Shown piece after piece: positions 10,880-23,082 of a stretch of DNA of 64,000 nt (positions are counted from its first letter, which is position 1; each line of letters begins with the position of its first letter). This stretch comes from Basidiobolus meristosporus CBS 931.73 (Eukaryota > Fungi > Basidiobolomycota), in the NCBI GenBank assembly GCA_002104905.1, contig MCFE01000198.1, forward strand, positions 70,308 to 134,307. The letters are read 5' to 3'. The notes beneath the pieces were generated by a model. That model saw only the letters and a program-made list of their open reading frames with translations, did not search any database and was not told the origin of the DNA. Made by a program: the position numbers and the translations under genes.

Positions 10880-10892
10880 GGTTATGAGCCCC
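10880..10892 (+). promoter_or_regulatory. Primer-binding site GGTTATGAGCCCC (copia/Ty5-type, internal tRNA-iMet priming)
   Basis: Directly follows the LTR end. The same motif occurs at 16395-16407 (minus), 49504-49516 and, in family 2, 42672-42685. Confidence 0.75.
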
Positions 10893-13800
10893 ATGTTATT
10901 ACTCTCTGCAATGTCTACTACTGCTATTACTGGAATTTTTCCCTCTGCTGAAAAGTTGGATGGATCTAACTGCCAAGTGTGGAAGGTGAAGATGAAGATG
11001 CTGCTACAAGAAAGTGTTGTAAGAGTCTTAGAGATATTGGAAGTGATTGGGAGGACAAGTAGATTATGTGGCTTTCACTTGATAATATATTGAATGTAAA
11101 GGCAGTATTTATATTTTTACATGGTTATGGCATAGCAAACACATAGAATAGATCAAGGATGATCCCAAGAACATGTGTGCAGAGTTTGGGGCTGTTTGGA
11201 CAACTTTGAGAATTTTCATGTTCTGGGTACCTGGTATTTTGGTGAAAGTATTCTAAGTAAATCCCAACAAGGAATTTGGTCAGTATTCTCTAGGATTTGA
11301 AGGTAATGATCTAAGTGACTAAGTTAGGTGAATATTTTGGTGGAATTACAAATTCTTACAGCACTCCCACTCAGCTAAATGTTCATACTGACTAGTCCTA
11401 ATTTTGACTAAAGATATTCAAACTTGTCTCTAGCTAATGGTTTGGTAAATATGTCAGCAATCATTTCATCTGAAGGACAGTAAACTAAACTAACCAAGTT
11501 ATTTTCTATTGCTTCATGTATGAAATGATGCCTAATATCTATGTGCTTAGTTCTAGCATGAAAAGTTGGATTTCTACCTAATTTTATACATCCTTGATTA
11601 TCTTGAAATAAAGTAATAGGAGTTTTTTTGACATAGGCCTAAATCTGAAAAAGCTTTCTTAACCACACTGCTTCTTTTGTAGCTTCACAGGCTGCCATAT
11701 ATTTGCCTCTGTGGTAGACAGTGCAATGGTGGGTTGCTTTCTTGAACTCCATGAAATTGCTCCTTGACAGTAAAGAAAGGTGTATCCTGTGGTGGATCTT
11801 CTGTCTTCCAAATTTTGTTTCCAATCTGCATCAGAGTATCCCACAAGATCCTATTGTGAATCCTTATAAGTGTATCTTAAGCAGATATCAGCAGTTCCTT
11901 TTAGGTATCTAAAAATCTGCTTAACTGCTGCAATATGATCAGATCCATATTTCTGACTATCTTGGCTGACAACTCCCACTGAATATGAGATATCTGGACA
12001 TGTTCCAAGCATGATATACATCAGACTGCCAACCATAGATTTATATGGAAAGTAAGGGCTTTCAGGTGGCACCAAGCTCTCTTGATTTGGTTGAGTTTTG
12101 ACCTAGTTAAGGTTTATCTCCATTGGGGTAGCTGCCGGTTTACAGTCTTCCATTTGGTACTTCATTAGAATATCTTGAATATACTTGGATTGGATTAGGG
12201 TAATAGTCTGGGTACTTCTGTCTATGGAGAGCTTAGTCCCTAAGTAGTAACTGAGTTCTCCTAGACCGGACATCTTGAACTCCTTAGATAGGCTGGATTT
12301 AGTCTCTTCCAATGTTTTTAGGTTATTGGTGGCTATAATAAGATCATGCACATATGGTGCTAATAGAGCTGGATTTGCTCTATCTGGCTTATAGTATATA
12401 CTATAGTCAGCCTTACTCCTTTTGAAACTCAACAATTCCAAATAAGAATCTATCTTGCAATTCCAGGCTCATGGCAATTATTTGAGACCATATAGTGACT
12501 TTTTAAGCTTGCAGACCAAATGGGTTTATCTTGGTCAACAAACCCATCAGGCTGGTCCATATTCATGTCCTCATCAAGTTCTCCATTCAAAAAAGCAGTT
12601 TTTACATCCATTGGATGAATAAAAAACTTATATTTGGCTGCAATAGCCAATATTAATCTGATAGAATTAAACTTGGCTACCAGTGCAAATGTCTCAGTAT
12701 AGTCAAGTCCTTCTGTTTGAGAGTATCATTTGGCCACAAGTCTTGCTTTGTATCTTTCAAGTGTACCATCAGCCTTGTATTTTGTCTTGAAGACCCATCT
12801 GCATCCAATTGATTTAAGGTTGATTGGTAATTTGACAAAGTCACAAGTTTGATTTTCCATCAGGGCCTGATATTCATCAGTCATTGCAGATCTCCAAAAC
12901 TTTGTCTGAGGGCTATTTAGGGCCTCTTTTACAGTCTGGGGCTCATCAATATGGAATGAATAGGCTTAGGCTAAGTTTGTACCTTGATTGATATAGTAAT
13001 TTGGGCTATTTCTAGTCCAATTCAATCTCCAGGCATTTAATACTGGAATGATCCCTTCTGGGATATTCCTGGGCACTGATTCAGGCTGAACCATGGTGAT
13101 AGAGTCCTCTGGAGTGAAAAAATTTTCATTGTTTTGCACATATTCAATCCTGACAATTGGTGAACTTGAGATCATATTTTTGTCATCATTTGATGTCACT
13201 TTTTGTGAAAATTTTGAATCTTCATCAAACAACACATCCCTGGACTTGAATAGCTTTTTTGCTTTGGTATTATAGAGTCTGTATGCTTTACTCTCATTGC
13301 AGTAGCCCAAAAATATGCATTTTACACTTTTTGGCTCAAATTTTGACCAATTTACGGGCAGTTTCTTGGCATATGCTGTACACCCAAAAATTCTTAGATG
13401 TTCTGCACTTGATCTATATCCATACCATGCTTCAAATGGAATAGAATCACAAAGTATCCTGTTATAACTCTTATTTTTAAGGAAATAAGCAGTGGCAACT
13501 GATTCCACCCAAAAATTGTAGTATAATTTTTGATCATGGATCATAGATCTTGCCATATCAATTGTTGATCTGTTAGCACATTCTGCTACTCCATTTTGCT
13601 GTGGGGAGTATGGTACATTAGTCACTTGCTTACCCCATGAATTTTGCAGAAGTGGATGAAGAGTTTTGAGGTATATTCTCCACCATTGTCAGAGCATATT
13701 TTCTTGATTTTTTCACCAGTTTCTCTCTCCACCATGGCTTTGAGCTCCCTGAGCTTAGAAAGAGCTTCTTCCTCTTTCTCTATGAAGTAGACTCATGTGT

Positions 13801-14733
13801 ATCTTGTATAATCATCAATAAATGTGATTAAATACTTCATTCCGCCTTAGGATAAACTTTGTATAGGTTCACACAGATCTGAGTGAATTAGATCTATTTT
13901 TCTTAGTTTTGATTAACTCAGAGCTCTTGAATGGTTGTCTGCCTTGTTTCCCACATATGCAGGCCTCACAGTGCTCCAAACTAGCTGGGGGATCAATTTT
14001 AATACGGAAATTAGCTGATATTTGATCATTTTGTGCAAATAATCAAAATTAATGTGTCCAAATCTCCTGTGCCAAAGCATTGGTGTTTCTTAACTTAAGT
14101 TACTTTTATTGGCTTCCAGATATGATGGAATACAAGTCAACTTGTATAGATTCTGATCTCTGATACCCAAAGCAATATTGGCACCATTTTGATCAGTGAT
14201 CTTGCATCTAGAATTGTCAAAGCTGAAACTGAGTCCTTCTGCTGTGGCCTTGCTTACAGATAGTAGGTTCTTGGCTATTTCTGGTACATAGAGTACTTCA
14301 TTAAAGGTTAGTGTATGGCTTCCTTCACTGCTTCTTAGGTTTACTTGGATAGTTCCTTCTCCCACTGCATCTAGTGTTCTATTGTTACCAATGAGTACCT
14401 TTGTAATTGGAGTTTCTTGATATTGAGTAAAAAGTTCTTTTTGGTGTGCAAAGTGCTGAGATGTTCTAGAGTCAATATGCCATGTCTGAGAATCCCTGCT
14501 TGTGGTCATATTTAGTGCAGATATGAATAGTCTATCTTCAGTTGTTGCAGCATTTCCGTATTCAGGCTTCTTTTGCTGATTATCTCTGTTTTTGAAACAC
14601 CAGTCTGATGTGTGTCCTTTCCTTTTGCAGTAGTTGCAAAACAGGTTGCAGTTGCCTTTGTAGGGTCTTGAGTACCTCCTTTGTTGGTTATCATTGCTTA
14701 TTAAAGCATTTTCTTCTTCCTTCTTATTGGTGC

Positions 14734-15793
14734 TGTAGTGGGGTCACAGTGACACCCACTGACAGATGTGCTCATTCCCATATTTTCTACTTCCTTATAT
14801 TTCTACTACATTTATTTTAGATTTATCCTATTTGTCTTACCTGATCAGTACTATCCCATAAGCCGGTTGACTATCACACCTGCTTACCTTATTGCATAAG
14901 TTATCCCTCACTTTATGTAAGATTACTAGCTGTAAGTGCTTCTATATTAGGCAAGTACCCACGCCAGTACCTGTGACACATGATCAACCCATATCATCAT
15001 CCCTACCATTTCCATACTATATATGGGATCCCTATGTTACACAGGTTTCAGAGTACAGATTCCTGATTGGTGGGATGTGCTGTGCCTCTTGGAACCCTCT
15101 GGCACTTACTTAGAACATTCTGATGTCATTAAGATTTCTATTGATATCCAGAACCTTCTGGAACACCATGATTAGTAATCACTTAGCCAGTGAGAAAAGT
15201 ATATAAGGGAGTCTATCCCTCAACAATAAATCACCATCCCTTTTATCAGTATACCAACTTGTTGATTAGTGTGATCACTGCTACCTGCTGCTACCTGAAC
15301 TTCCAACCCCAGATCACAGGACACTCCCAGGAAACAGTGCTGACAGTCAACTGACCTTGGAGGCACAACTTGTGAGGAATACTCCAAGTAGGTATCTTTT
15401 ACTATATTTGATTCTTTCCCAAGTTTGTTCTTGCACAGGCAAAGATACTTTTCTGTCTTTGTAACTATTGACCACAGCTGCATTCTTATCAAGTCCCTGC
15501 TGGTGGGGTTTACAGTTGTTTTGACTTTGGAAGCTTTAGTACATTGTCATCTCAAAGGATGCTGAACCCAGCACATACTTTTGTTAAGACACCAACTAAG
15601 TTGGGGATTGTAGCTCAATAGTTTTCTCTTGACAAGCTTGTGGCTTTATTCCCCATCACATTAGATTAGAGACAGTACCCAAGTATTCCTAGCAAGCTTT
15701 TGCCAGAAGTTATCACACCCAGTGAACACCCCACACACAAAACACTTGAGAAGTGTTGGACATATCTCTCCCTTGGACTTATACACCACCACA
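14734..15793 (+). mobile_element. ~1.06-kb solo LTR (gypsy-type, 4-bp TSD) nested in copia B gag
   Basis: TGTAGTGGGG..CACCACCACA. TSD GTGC at 14730-14733 and 15794-15797. Reverse-complement homologue at 55964-57034. Confidence 0.88.
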
Positions 15794-16642
15794 GTGCTTG
15801 ATTTTCTTAATTCTTCATCTAGGAGCCGTCCATATATGTAATTTAAGGTCAAATCTTTGGTTCTGGACTCTAGGGCTGATACATGGCCCTGAAACTCATC
15901 TGTCAGGCTATTCAGGATGGTAACTATCACATACTCATCAGTAGTTGGTACGCCCACTGATTCCATCTCATCTACCAGCAGGGTAGTTCTGTTAATTAGA
16001 TTTTCCATTTCATCTCCTGGCAGCATCTTTGTAGTAAATAGTTTTTGTCTCAGATACATTTTCTTGGCAGCTGAACATTACTGGTAGATGTCTTGTAATG
16101 CCTTCCAGGCATTCTTTGCTGTTTTTGCTCTTGAGCATTGAATTAGCAGTTTGTCCTTGACATTGATGCAAATGCAGTTAATGGAGTTTGTTCTTTCTTT
16201 GGGTACTTTAAGGCTTCCTCTCCCATGTTTTTAGGAGGGCATTCTTCTCCCATGACAATATTCCAAAGGCCTCTTTCTTGTAGCAGCATCTTAATATTCA
16301 CCTTCCACACTTGGTAGTTAGATCCATCCAACTTTTCAGCAGAGGGAAAAGCTCCAGTAATAGTAGTGGTAGATATTGCAGAGAGTAATAACTTGGGGCT
16401 CATAACATGTTGTAAGAGTCTTGGAGATATTGGAAGTGATTAGGAGGACATGTAGATTATGTGGCTTTCACTTGATTATTTATTGAATGTAAAAGTAATT
16501 TTAATACTTTACATGATCTTGACATAACAAGCATGTTGAATAGTTCAAGGAAGGTCCCAAGAACATGTGCGCAAAGTTTGGGGCTGTTTGGACAACTCTG
16601 AGAATTTTCATGTTCTGAGTACCTGGTATTTTGGTGAAAATA

Positions 16643-16853
16643 AGACTTGTTCCATCATTCCAGCTGATCATAGTGCCCAAGAGTGCCATAGCATGCCAGA
16701 TGGTGCTTGATTATGCCACAGAGTGCCAGATGGTGCCATACAGTGCCAATTTGGGATCAAAATTGACATGCATATGACCCTAAAATATCAAATTAATAGC
16801 AAAATATACAGCACTTTCTGGCACTATGATCAATGGTACAATGGAACAAGTCT
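16643..16853. mobile_element. 211-bp PHIS/Harbinger-family MITE inside the 5' LTR of copia B
   Basis: TIR AGACTTGTTCCAT / ATGGAACAAGTCT; TSD ATA at 16640-16642 and 16854-16856. Removing it restores the LTR sequence GTGAAAATATTCTAAG. Confidence 0.9.
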
Positions 16854-18675
16854 ATATTCTAAGTAAATCCCAACAAGGAAATTGGTCAGTATTCTCTAGG
16901 ATTTGAAGGTAATGATCTAAGTGACTAAGTTAGGTGAATATTTAGGTGGAATTACAATTTTTACAACAGAAAGAGGCCTTTGGGATATTGTCATGGGAGA
17001 AGAATGCCCTCCTAAAATTGTGAGGGAGGAAGCCTTAAAGTACCAGAAGAAAGAACAAAGTGCCTTAAGCTGCACACCCCTTTATGTTAAAGACAAATTG
17101 CAAATTCAATGCTCAAGAGCAAAAACAGCAAAGAATGCCTGGAAGGCACTAGAAGACACCTACCAGTCATGTTCAGCTGCCAAGAGAATGTATTTTAGAC
17201 AAATATTCTTTACTACAAAGATGCTGCCAGGAGAAGAAATGAAAAATCTAATTACCAGATTTACCCTGCTGGTGGATCAGATGGAATTTGTGGGCATGCC
17301 AGCTACTGATGGGAATGTGATAGTAAACATCCTGAATAGCCTGACAGACAGGTTTCAGGGCCTTGTAGCCTGCAAAAGGAGAGGGCACACATCAAACCAG
17401 TGCCTGAAAAAGAGAGATAATAAGCAGAAAAAGCCTGAATATGGAAATGCTGCAACAGCTGAGGAAAGACTAATCATATCTGCACTAAATATGACCATAA
17501 ACAGGGATTCTCAGACGTGGTATATTGACTCTGCAGCATCTCAACACTTTACACACCAAAAAGAACTTTTTACCCAATATCAAGAAATTCTAATTAAGAA
17601 GGTTTTCATGGGTGATGACAGAACACTTGATACAGTGGGAGAAGGAACTATCAAAGCAAGCCTTGAAAGCAGTGAAGGAAGCCATACACTGACCTTGAAA
17701 GAAGTACTCTATGTACCAGAAATAGCCAAGAACCTGCTATCTATAAGCAAGGTAGCAGCAGAAGGAGTCAGTTCTAGCTTTGACAATTCTGGATGCAGGA
17801 TCACTGATCAAAATGAGGCCCATATTGCTCTGGGTATCAGAGATCAGAATCTGTATAGGTTGATATATATTCCATCATATCTGAAAGCCAATATAAGTAA
17901 CTCAAATGAAGAAACACCAATGCTTTGGCACAGGAGATTTGGACACATCAATTTTGATTATTTGTGCAAAATGATTAAAGATCAGCTAATTTTCAGAGTA
18001 AACACTGATTCCCTAGCTAATTTGGAGCTCTGTGAAGCCTGCATATATGGGAAACAAGCCAGACAACCATTCAAGAGCTCTTGGTTAATTAAAAATAGGA
18101 AAAAAATAGATCTGATTCACTCAGGTCTGTGTGGACCTATGCAAAATTTCTACTTAGATGAGATGAAATATATAATCCCTCTTATTTATGATTATACAAG
18201 ATACACATGGGTCTATTTCATGGAGAGAAAGGAAGAAGCTTGTCTAAGTTCAGCAAGTTTAAAGCCATATTGGAGAAAGAAACTAATGAAAAAATTAAAA
18301 AAATATGCATTGACAATGGTGGAGAATATACATCAAAACTCTTCATCCACTTCTGCAAAATTCACGGAATAAAGCAAGAGACTAATGTACCATACTCCCT
18401 GCAGCAAAATGGAGTAGCAGAATGTGCAAACAGATGAATAAATGATATGGTAAGATCTACAATTCATTTTTAAAAATTATCCTATGACATCTGGGTGGAA
18501 TCAGTTACCACAGGGGTATAACTTAATATAGGAGCTATAGCAGAATACTTTATGATTCTACTCCATTTGAAGCATAGTATGGATACAGCCCAAGTGCAGA
18601 ATATCTAAGAATATTTAGGTGTACAACATATGCTAAGAAAACTCCCAGAAATCAGTCAAAATTTGAGCCAAAAAG

Positions 18676-18996
18676 TCCTAAGAAAAAATATTAAGAAAAG
18701 GCCAGCAGAATACCATCATAAAATCAGCTGCATTCCAAGTTTCTCAAATCTGACAACTATCACTATCTCGTGTACTAGCAGTTGGGCAGACAAGCAGACA
18801 TATTTTACAAGAGGAGACTAGGCCAACCTTGATTCATGCCAAATTTGGTGATTAGCTGCCCACTATTTCCATCCAATATTGTAACTGGATATATGAACAA
18901 AAAATACCAGCTGAATACCAGCTAAATACCATTAGAATACCAGCAGAGTACTGACTGAAAATCAGATGAATTCCAAGTTTGAGATTTTTCATAGGG
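18676..18996. mobile_element. ~320-bp non-autonomous MITE of the CACTA-like family in copia A integrase
   Basis: Ends TCCTAAGAAAAA / TTTTTCATAGGG match the CCCTATGAAAAA TIR. Flanks AAAA(G) are duplicated, and removal restores GAGCCAAAAAGTG of the integrase. Confidence 0.75.
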
Positions 18997-20171
18997 AAAA
19001 GTGCAAAATACATATTTTTGGACAACTGCATCAGAGTAAAGCATACAGACTCTACAATGCCAAAGCAAAGAAGCTGATCAAGTCCAGGGATGTGTTGTTT
19101 AATGAAAATTCAAAATTGTCACAAAAAATGATATCAGATCATGACAAATTTCTGATCTTAAATCTACCAATTATGAGGATGGAATCAGAGCAAAACAATA
19201 AAGTTTTTTTCACTCCAGAGAGCTCTAAAACTGTGATTTAGCCTGAGTCAGTGCCCAGGAATATCCTAGAAGTGAGCATTCCAGTATCAAATGCCCAGAG
19301 ATCCAACTGGACAAGAAATAGCCCAAATTACTACATTAATGAGGGTGCAAACTTAGCATATGCCCATTCAGTCAATGTCAATGAACCACAGACTGTAACA
19401 GAAGCCCTAAGTAACCCTCAGACTAAGTTTTGGAGATCTGCAATGACTGAGGAATATCAGGCCCTAATGGAAAATCAAACTTGGGACTTGGTCAAATTAC
19501 CAATCAACAAAAAATCAATTGGATGCAGATGGGTCTTTAAGACTAAATGCAAGGCTGATGGTACAGCTGAAAGATACAAAGTAAGACTTGTGGCTAAAGG
19601 ATACTCTCAAACAAAAGGACTTGACTATACTGAGACCTTTACACCAGTAGGCAAGTTTAATTCCATCAGTTTAATATTGGCTATTGCAGCCAAACCCTAT
19701 GAAAAATAATTTGGTCCTGTGGGTGGATCCAATCCGGATCATCTGTCAAGATCCTGTTTAGAGACCGTCATAATAACAGCAGCTTAGAACTAGTGACCCT
19801 CCTGACAATCCTATAACAAGATCATGATGGTGCTTTGCAAATTTTACAGCCAAATAAAGGGATAAACTTGACAATTTTTAATTGGTGCTGTGAAGATATT
19901 TGCATGGTATTGTTACGGTCTTTCAGCAATCTATTACTATATTAAGTGGATCCAGTTGGCCAGGACTTCCAATTGCTTTATATGGCAAGAAACATGACGG
20001 TATTTTGACGGCCTCACCGCAAGACTCTGAAGGCATTTTCTTAGCAGTGTGACGGCCTACCTCTGGTTCTGTATAATGCTACCGTACCAATTTACCAAAT
20101 GATATTTCCTTTTTCTACCTCCCCTTGTGCAATTCATATATTCCACTTTAGAATCACCTTTCTTTATTTGC

Positions 20172-22861
20172 TTACCCACTACTACCTTGGGTATTATACA
20201 TATAGTTTGAATCAAAAAATACTATGGCCTCCTGCTTACTAGCCTCTACAAATGTGCACACCTGCTGCAATTGACATACTTCTATCACCTCAACTTTACG
20301 GCTTTTTAGTGTGATACTTGCAAAGTTACCATATACCTTGTACTGCTGGTAGCATATACATCTTGCAAACATATGCTTGGTTGTTGCCACTTCTGCCATG
20401 GATACCTCCTGAATATTGGCAAAGAACTTCTTAGTATTTAGCTAATGTATTCCTTCTCCTTGCTGATTCTAGTCCTCCTTATAGGTGCGCTCTGGCTTTT
20501 GTTTTTGTGAATTCCATATTGAGTGGTGTAGAAGTTGCCTTGTGACCACAAGAAATCTGGCATATATTGGTGGAGCTTTCCTGATAAAAATTTGTTGCTT
20601 GTTGCACCCAACCCAACCTTGCATTACTTAACTAATTACCCACGCATTGGGGCTGCTTAGCTTCTTAATGCCATAGGCATAGGTGTCTCCATGTGCACAT
20701 TTGTCCTCAGTATTTTCCAACTCTTTCTGGCTGTCCTCCATGTGCCAACATATCACATCCATGATGGACTTGAAGGTAATATTCTTGATGAGATTGGGAT
20801 ATGATAGTACCTGCAACTTGACTTGTCTTCCTATCTCCCCACACATCCACTCCATAGGAAACTCCCAAAAGGTGAAGCAAGGCCCAATATTCTCCACACA
20901 CAGTGCAAGTTGGAGTAGAGAATGGATACAGTAGCGGCAGAGATCTACATGTTCAGCTTTATGTTTGTAGTATAGCCACTCAAATCCCATCACAAACTCC
21001 TCACACAACAGCTGTAGATGCGTCAAGTTGGCATTAGTGATCCACCTCTGGATATATATTCCTACAAATTCCACATATGACTCCCAGTGCTTCCAATGTA
21101 CTCTTGGTAGGAATGGCTTCAGAACATCACTTGAATAAATACATATCCAGTTCATCTAGTCTTTGCACTTGTATTGCTGCATATGCATATGAATATTAAC
21201 TGAAGCCTGTGAGAAGTACTTAGGGTAGCGGATACTCTGCAATATCTTGCCAATTTTTTCAAATTTCTCTGGTATCTTAAAGGGCTCATTTAGCTTGAAA
21301 TGCCCCATGTACAACTTGGTCATCAGTATAGGGATATTGCTGATAAGCAAATGCATTGCTCCCAGTGGAAAGCTTTTGCTCCAACAGTTACCCTCTATCT
21401 TAAGTATCCCTGGTGGCCAATTGATTCCATATTCTGTCCAATGGCTTATAGCTTGCCAGCTTTGCTGCAATTGCATGCTTACTTCTGTACATTCCCTCTG
21501 TGAAAAGATGATGTTCTTAGTGCTGGTGTTTGGGTAATAATCGTGTGTGTGAGTTATGGAGTAAGTCCCCAGGATCTCACACATTTGACAGCAATACTGT
21601 CCATTGTGCCTGGAAAAACCTGCTATCTTGCTGATGGCTGGGGTATCTCCAATGCAGATAAAAATATGCGCTTTTACATGACGGCCATTTACTGTTATCC
21701 TGATAGAAAGCATATGAAGTTTATCCAGCAATGGATACTGGTAGCTATCCAGGTTAGACAGTGATTTAGGCCCAGATACCAGTGACACTACCATTGGATT
21801 ATTGCTCTGATACCATAAGATGGGTGGCAGATTCAGATTGATGAGAATCAGTGGCCAGCAGGATTTGCTGGTAGGATACTTGTTTAATGGGAATCCATCA
21901 AGTGCTAAAGCAAAGGCATGGTCATACATACCTTCAAAGTAGCCCTTGCTTCTTTGCTGTTTGCAAGGTTTGCCATCAAATATATTGGATACGTTTGCGC
22001 TTGATTGATACCAAGTGTGGTACTGTATAGCTTTGCAATATTAGTTGGACTGCATCAGCTTCCTCAGACAGGGTATGACTGGAATATATTTAGAGTGTGA
22101 ACAATGTTTTCCCTCAATGGTGGTGAATTCCTGACAATTTGGAAACATTGCAATAGTAGCATTTTTGGATATGAATGCCATGCAACTGTTAACACATGCT
22201 GGAATCAGGACAGTCTCTGGACCATATGTTGCCTGCCACATGACAGTTGTCCACTTGTACCATGTACATGGTAAGTTGTATCCTGGTATGAATTTGGCAA
22301 GATGTAGTAATAAATCCACAAAGCCCCCATTACAGATATTAGTGGAAACACACCACTTCTCCAGCCACAATGTTACATCATTCACTAGTAGATGGATTAC
22401 TGGGCTCACTTGGCTCCATAAAGTATCCTTGGCATTTGTTTCAACAGGTATTGTCTCATTGCATATAGGGACTTGACTGAGCTCATACATGGTACTGTTG
22501 TTAGGGGAGATAGGATCAAATCCATCAGTGAACCTTCTTTGTCAGAGCTATCACTCTGCGTGCCATATTTGGATAGTTAAGGTTAGCCTAAAGGCATTAC
22601 AAACTCACCTGACTCAGTTTGTGCAAGGTGACAAAGACAGCCAGGTGCCAATATAGAAGTATCCACTGGCTGGCAAGATAATGTTGATACAGCAGTGACC
22701 AATGAATGTTCAAATATGACTTGGGTGGCAAAACACTGGCTGTGATCCTTGTAATACTTCCTATGCTGTCTGCGTGCTTCATGGCTGAGAGGCTTGCCAC
22801 AATAGCCACATGGTCTATTTTCTCTTCTCTTACGGCATTGAGTAAAAGTAGTCTTGTCCAT
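20172..22861 (-). pseudogene. Tnp2-family (Transposase_21 plus DUF4218-like) transposase of CACTA copy 1, multiple stops and frameshifts
   Basis: Fragments RPCGYCGKPLSHEARRQHR, LIPACVNSCMAF..CQE, ALALDGF..SCWPLILINLNLPP, GDTPAISK..F..HNG.YCC..C, FPLGAMHLLISNI and IHSLL....IENIGP..TFWEFPME. Boundaries approximate. Confidence 0.8.
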
Positions 22862-23082
22862 GGGGCAAACAATTTGACCTTCAACAATGAAACGCTATTA
22901 TTTCACTTTTGGGCTAATACTCATGTAAACTTAAGACAGTTTGTATTTGAGACATTGCACCTACATGGGTGTAAGATTCAATGATGACCCACCATAGTAA
23001 GCATTATAAATAAAGTTGTGGCACCACATACACACATATATGTAGCACTATTTCCCTTTTGGTTTGACTCACTTCCATATAT

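Larger units (their letters stand above)
11015..16968 (-). mobile_element. Full-length degenerate Ty1/copia element B (family 1) inserted in the gag of element A
   Basis: 5-bp TSD GAAAG at 11010-11014 and 16969-16973. 3' LTR 11015-11363 with PPT at 11364-11375; 5' LTR 16408-16968 with PBS. gag, CCHC knuckle, protease (WHIDSRTS), integrase (QQNGVAE) and RT/RNase H fragments all on the minus strand. Confidence 0.92.

Noticed and set aside
16660-16760. Short recurrent GTGCC/GGCAC units as a CRISPR-like array
   Set aside because: No constant repeat-spacer periodicity, eukaryotic context and no cas genes; they are MITE subterminal motifs.
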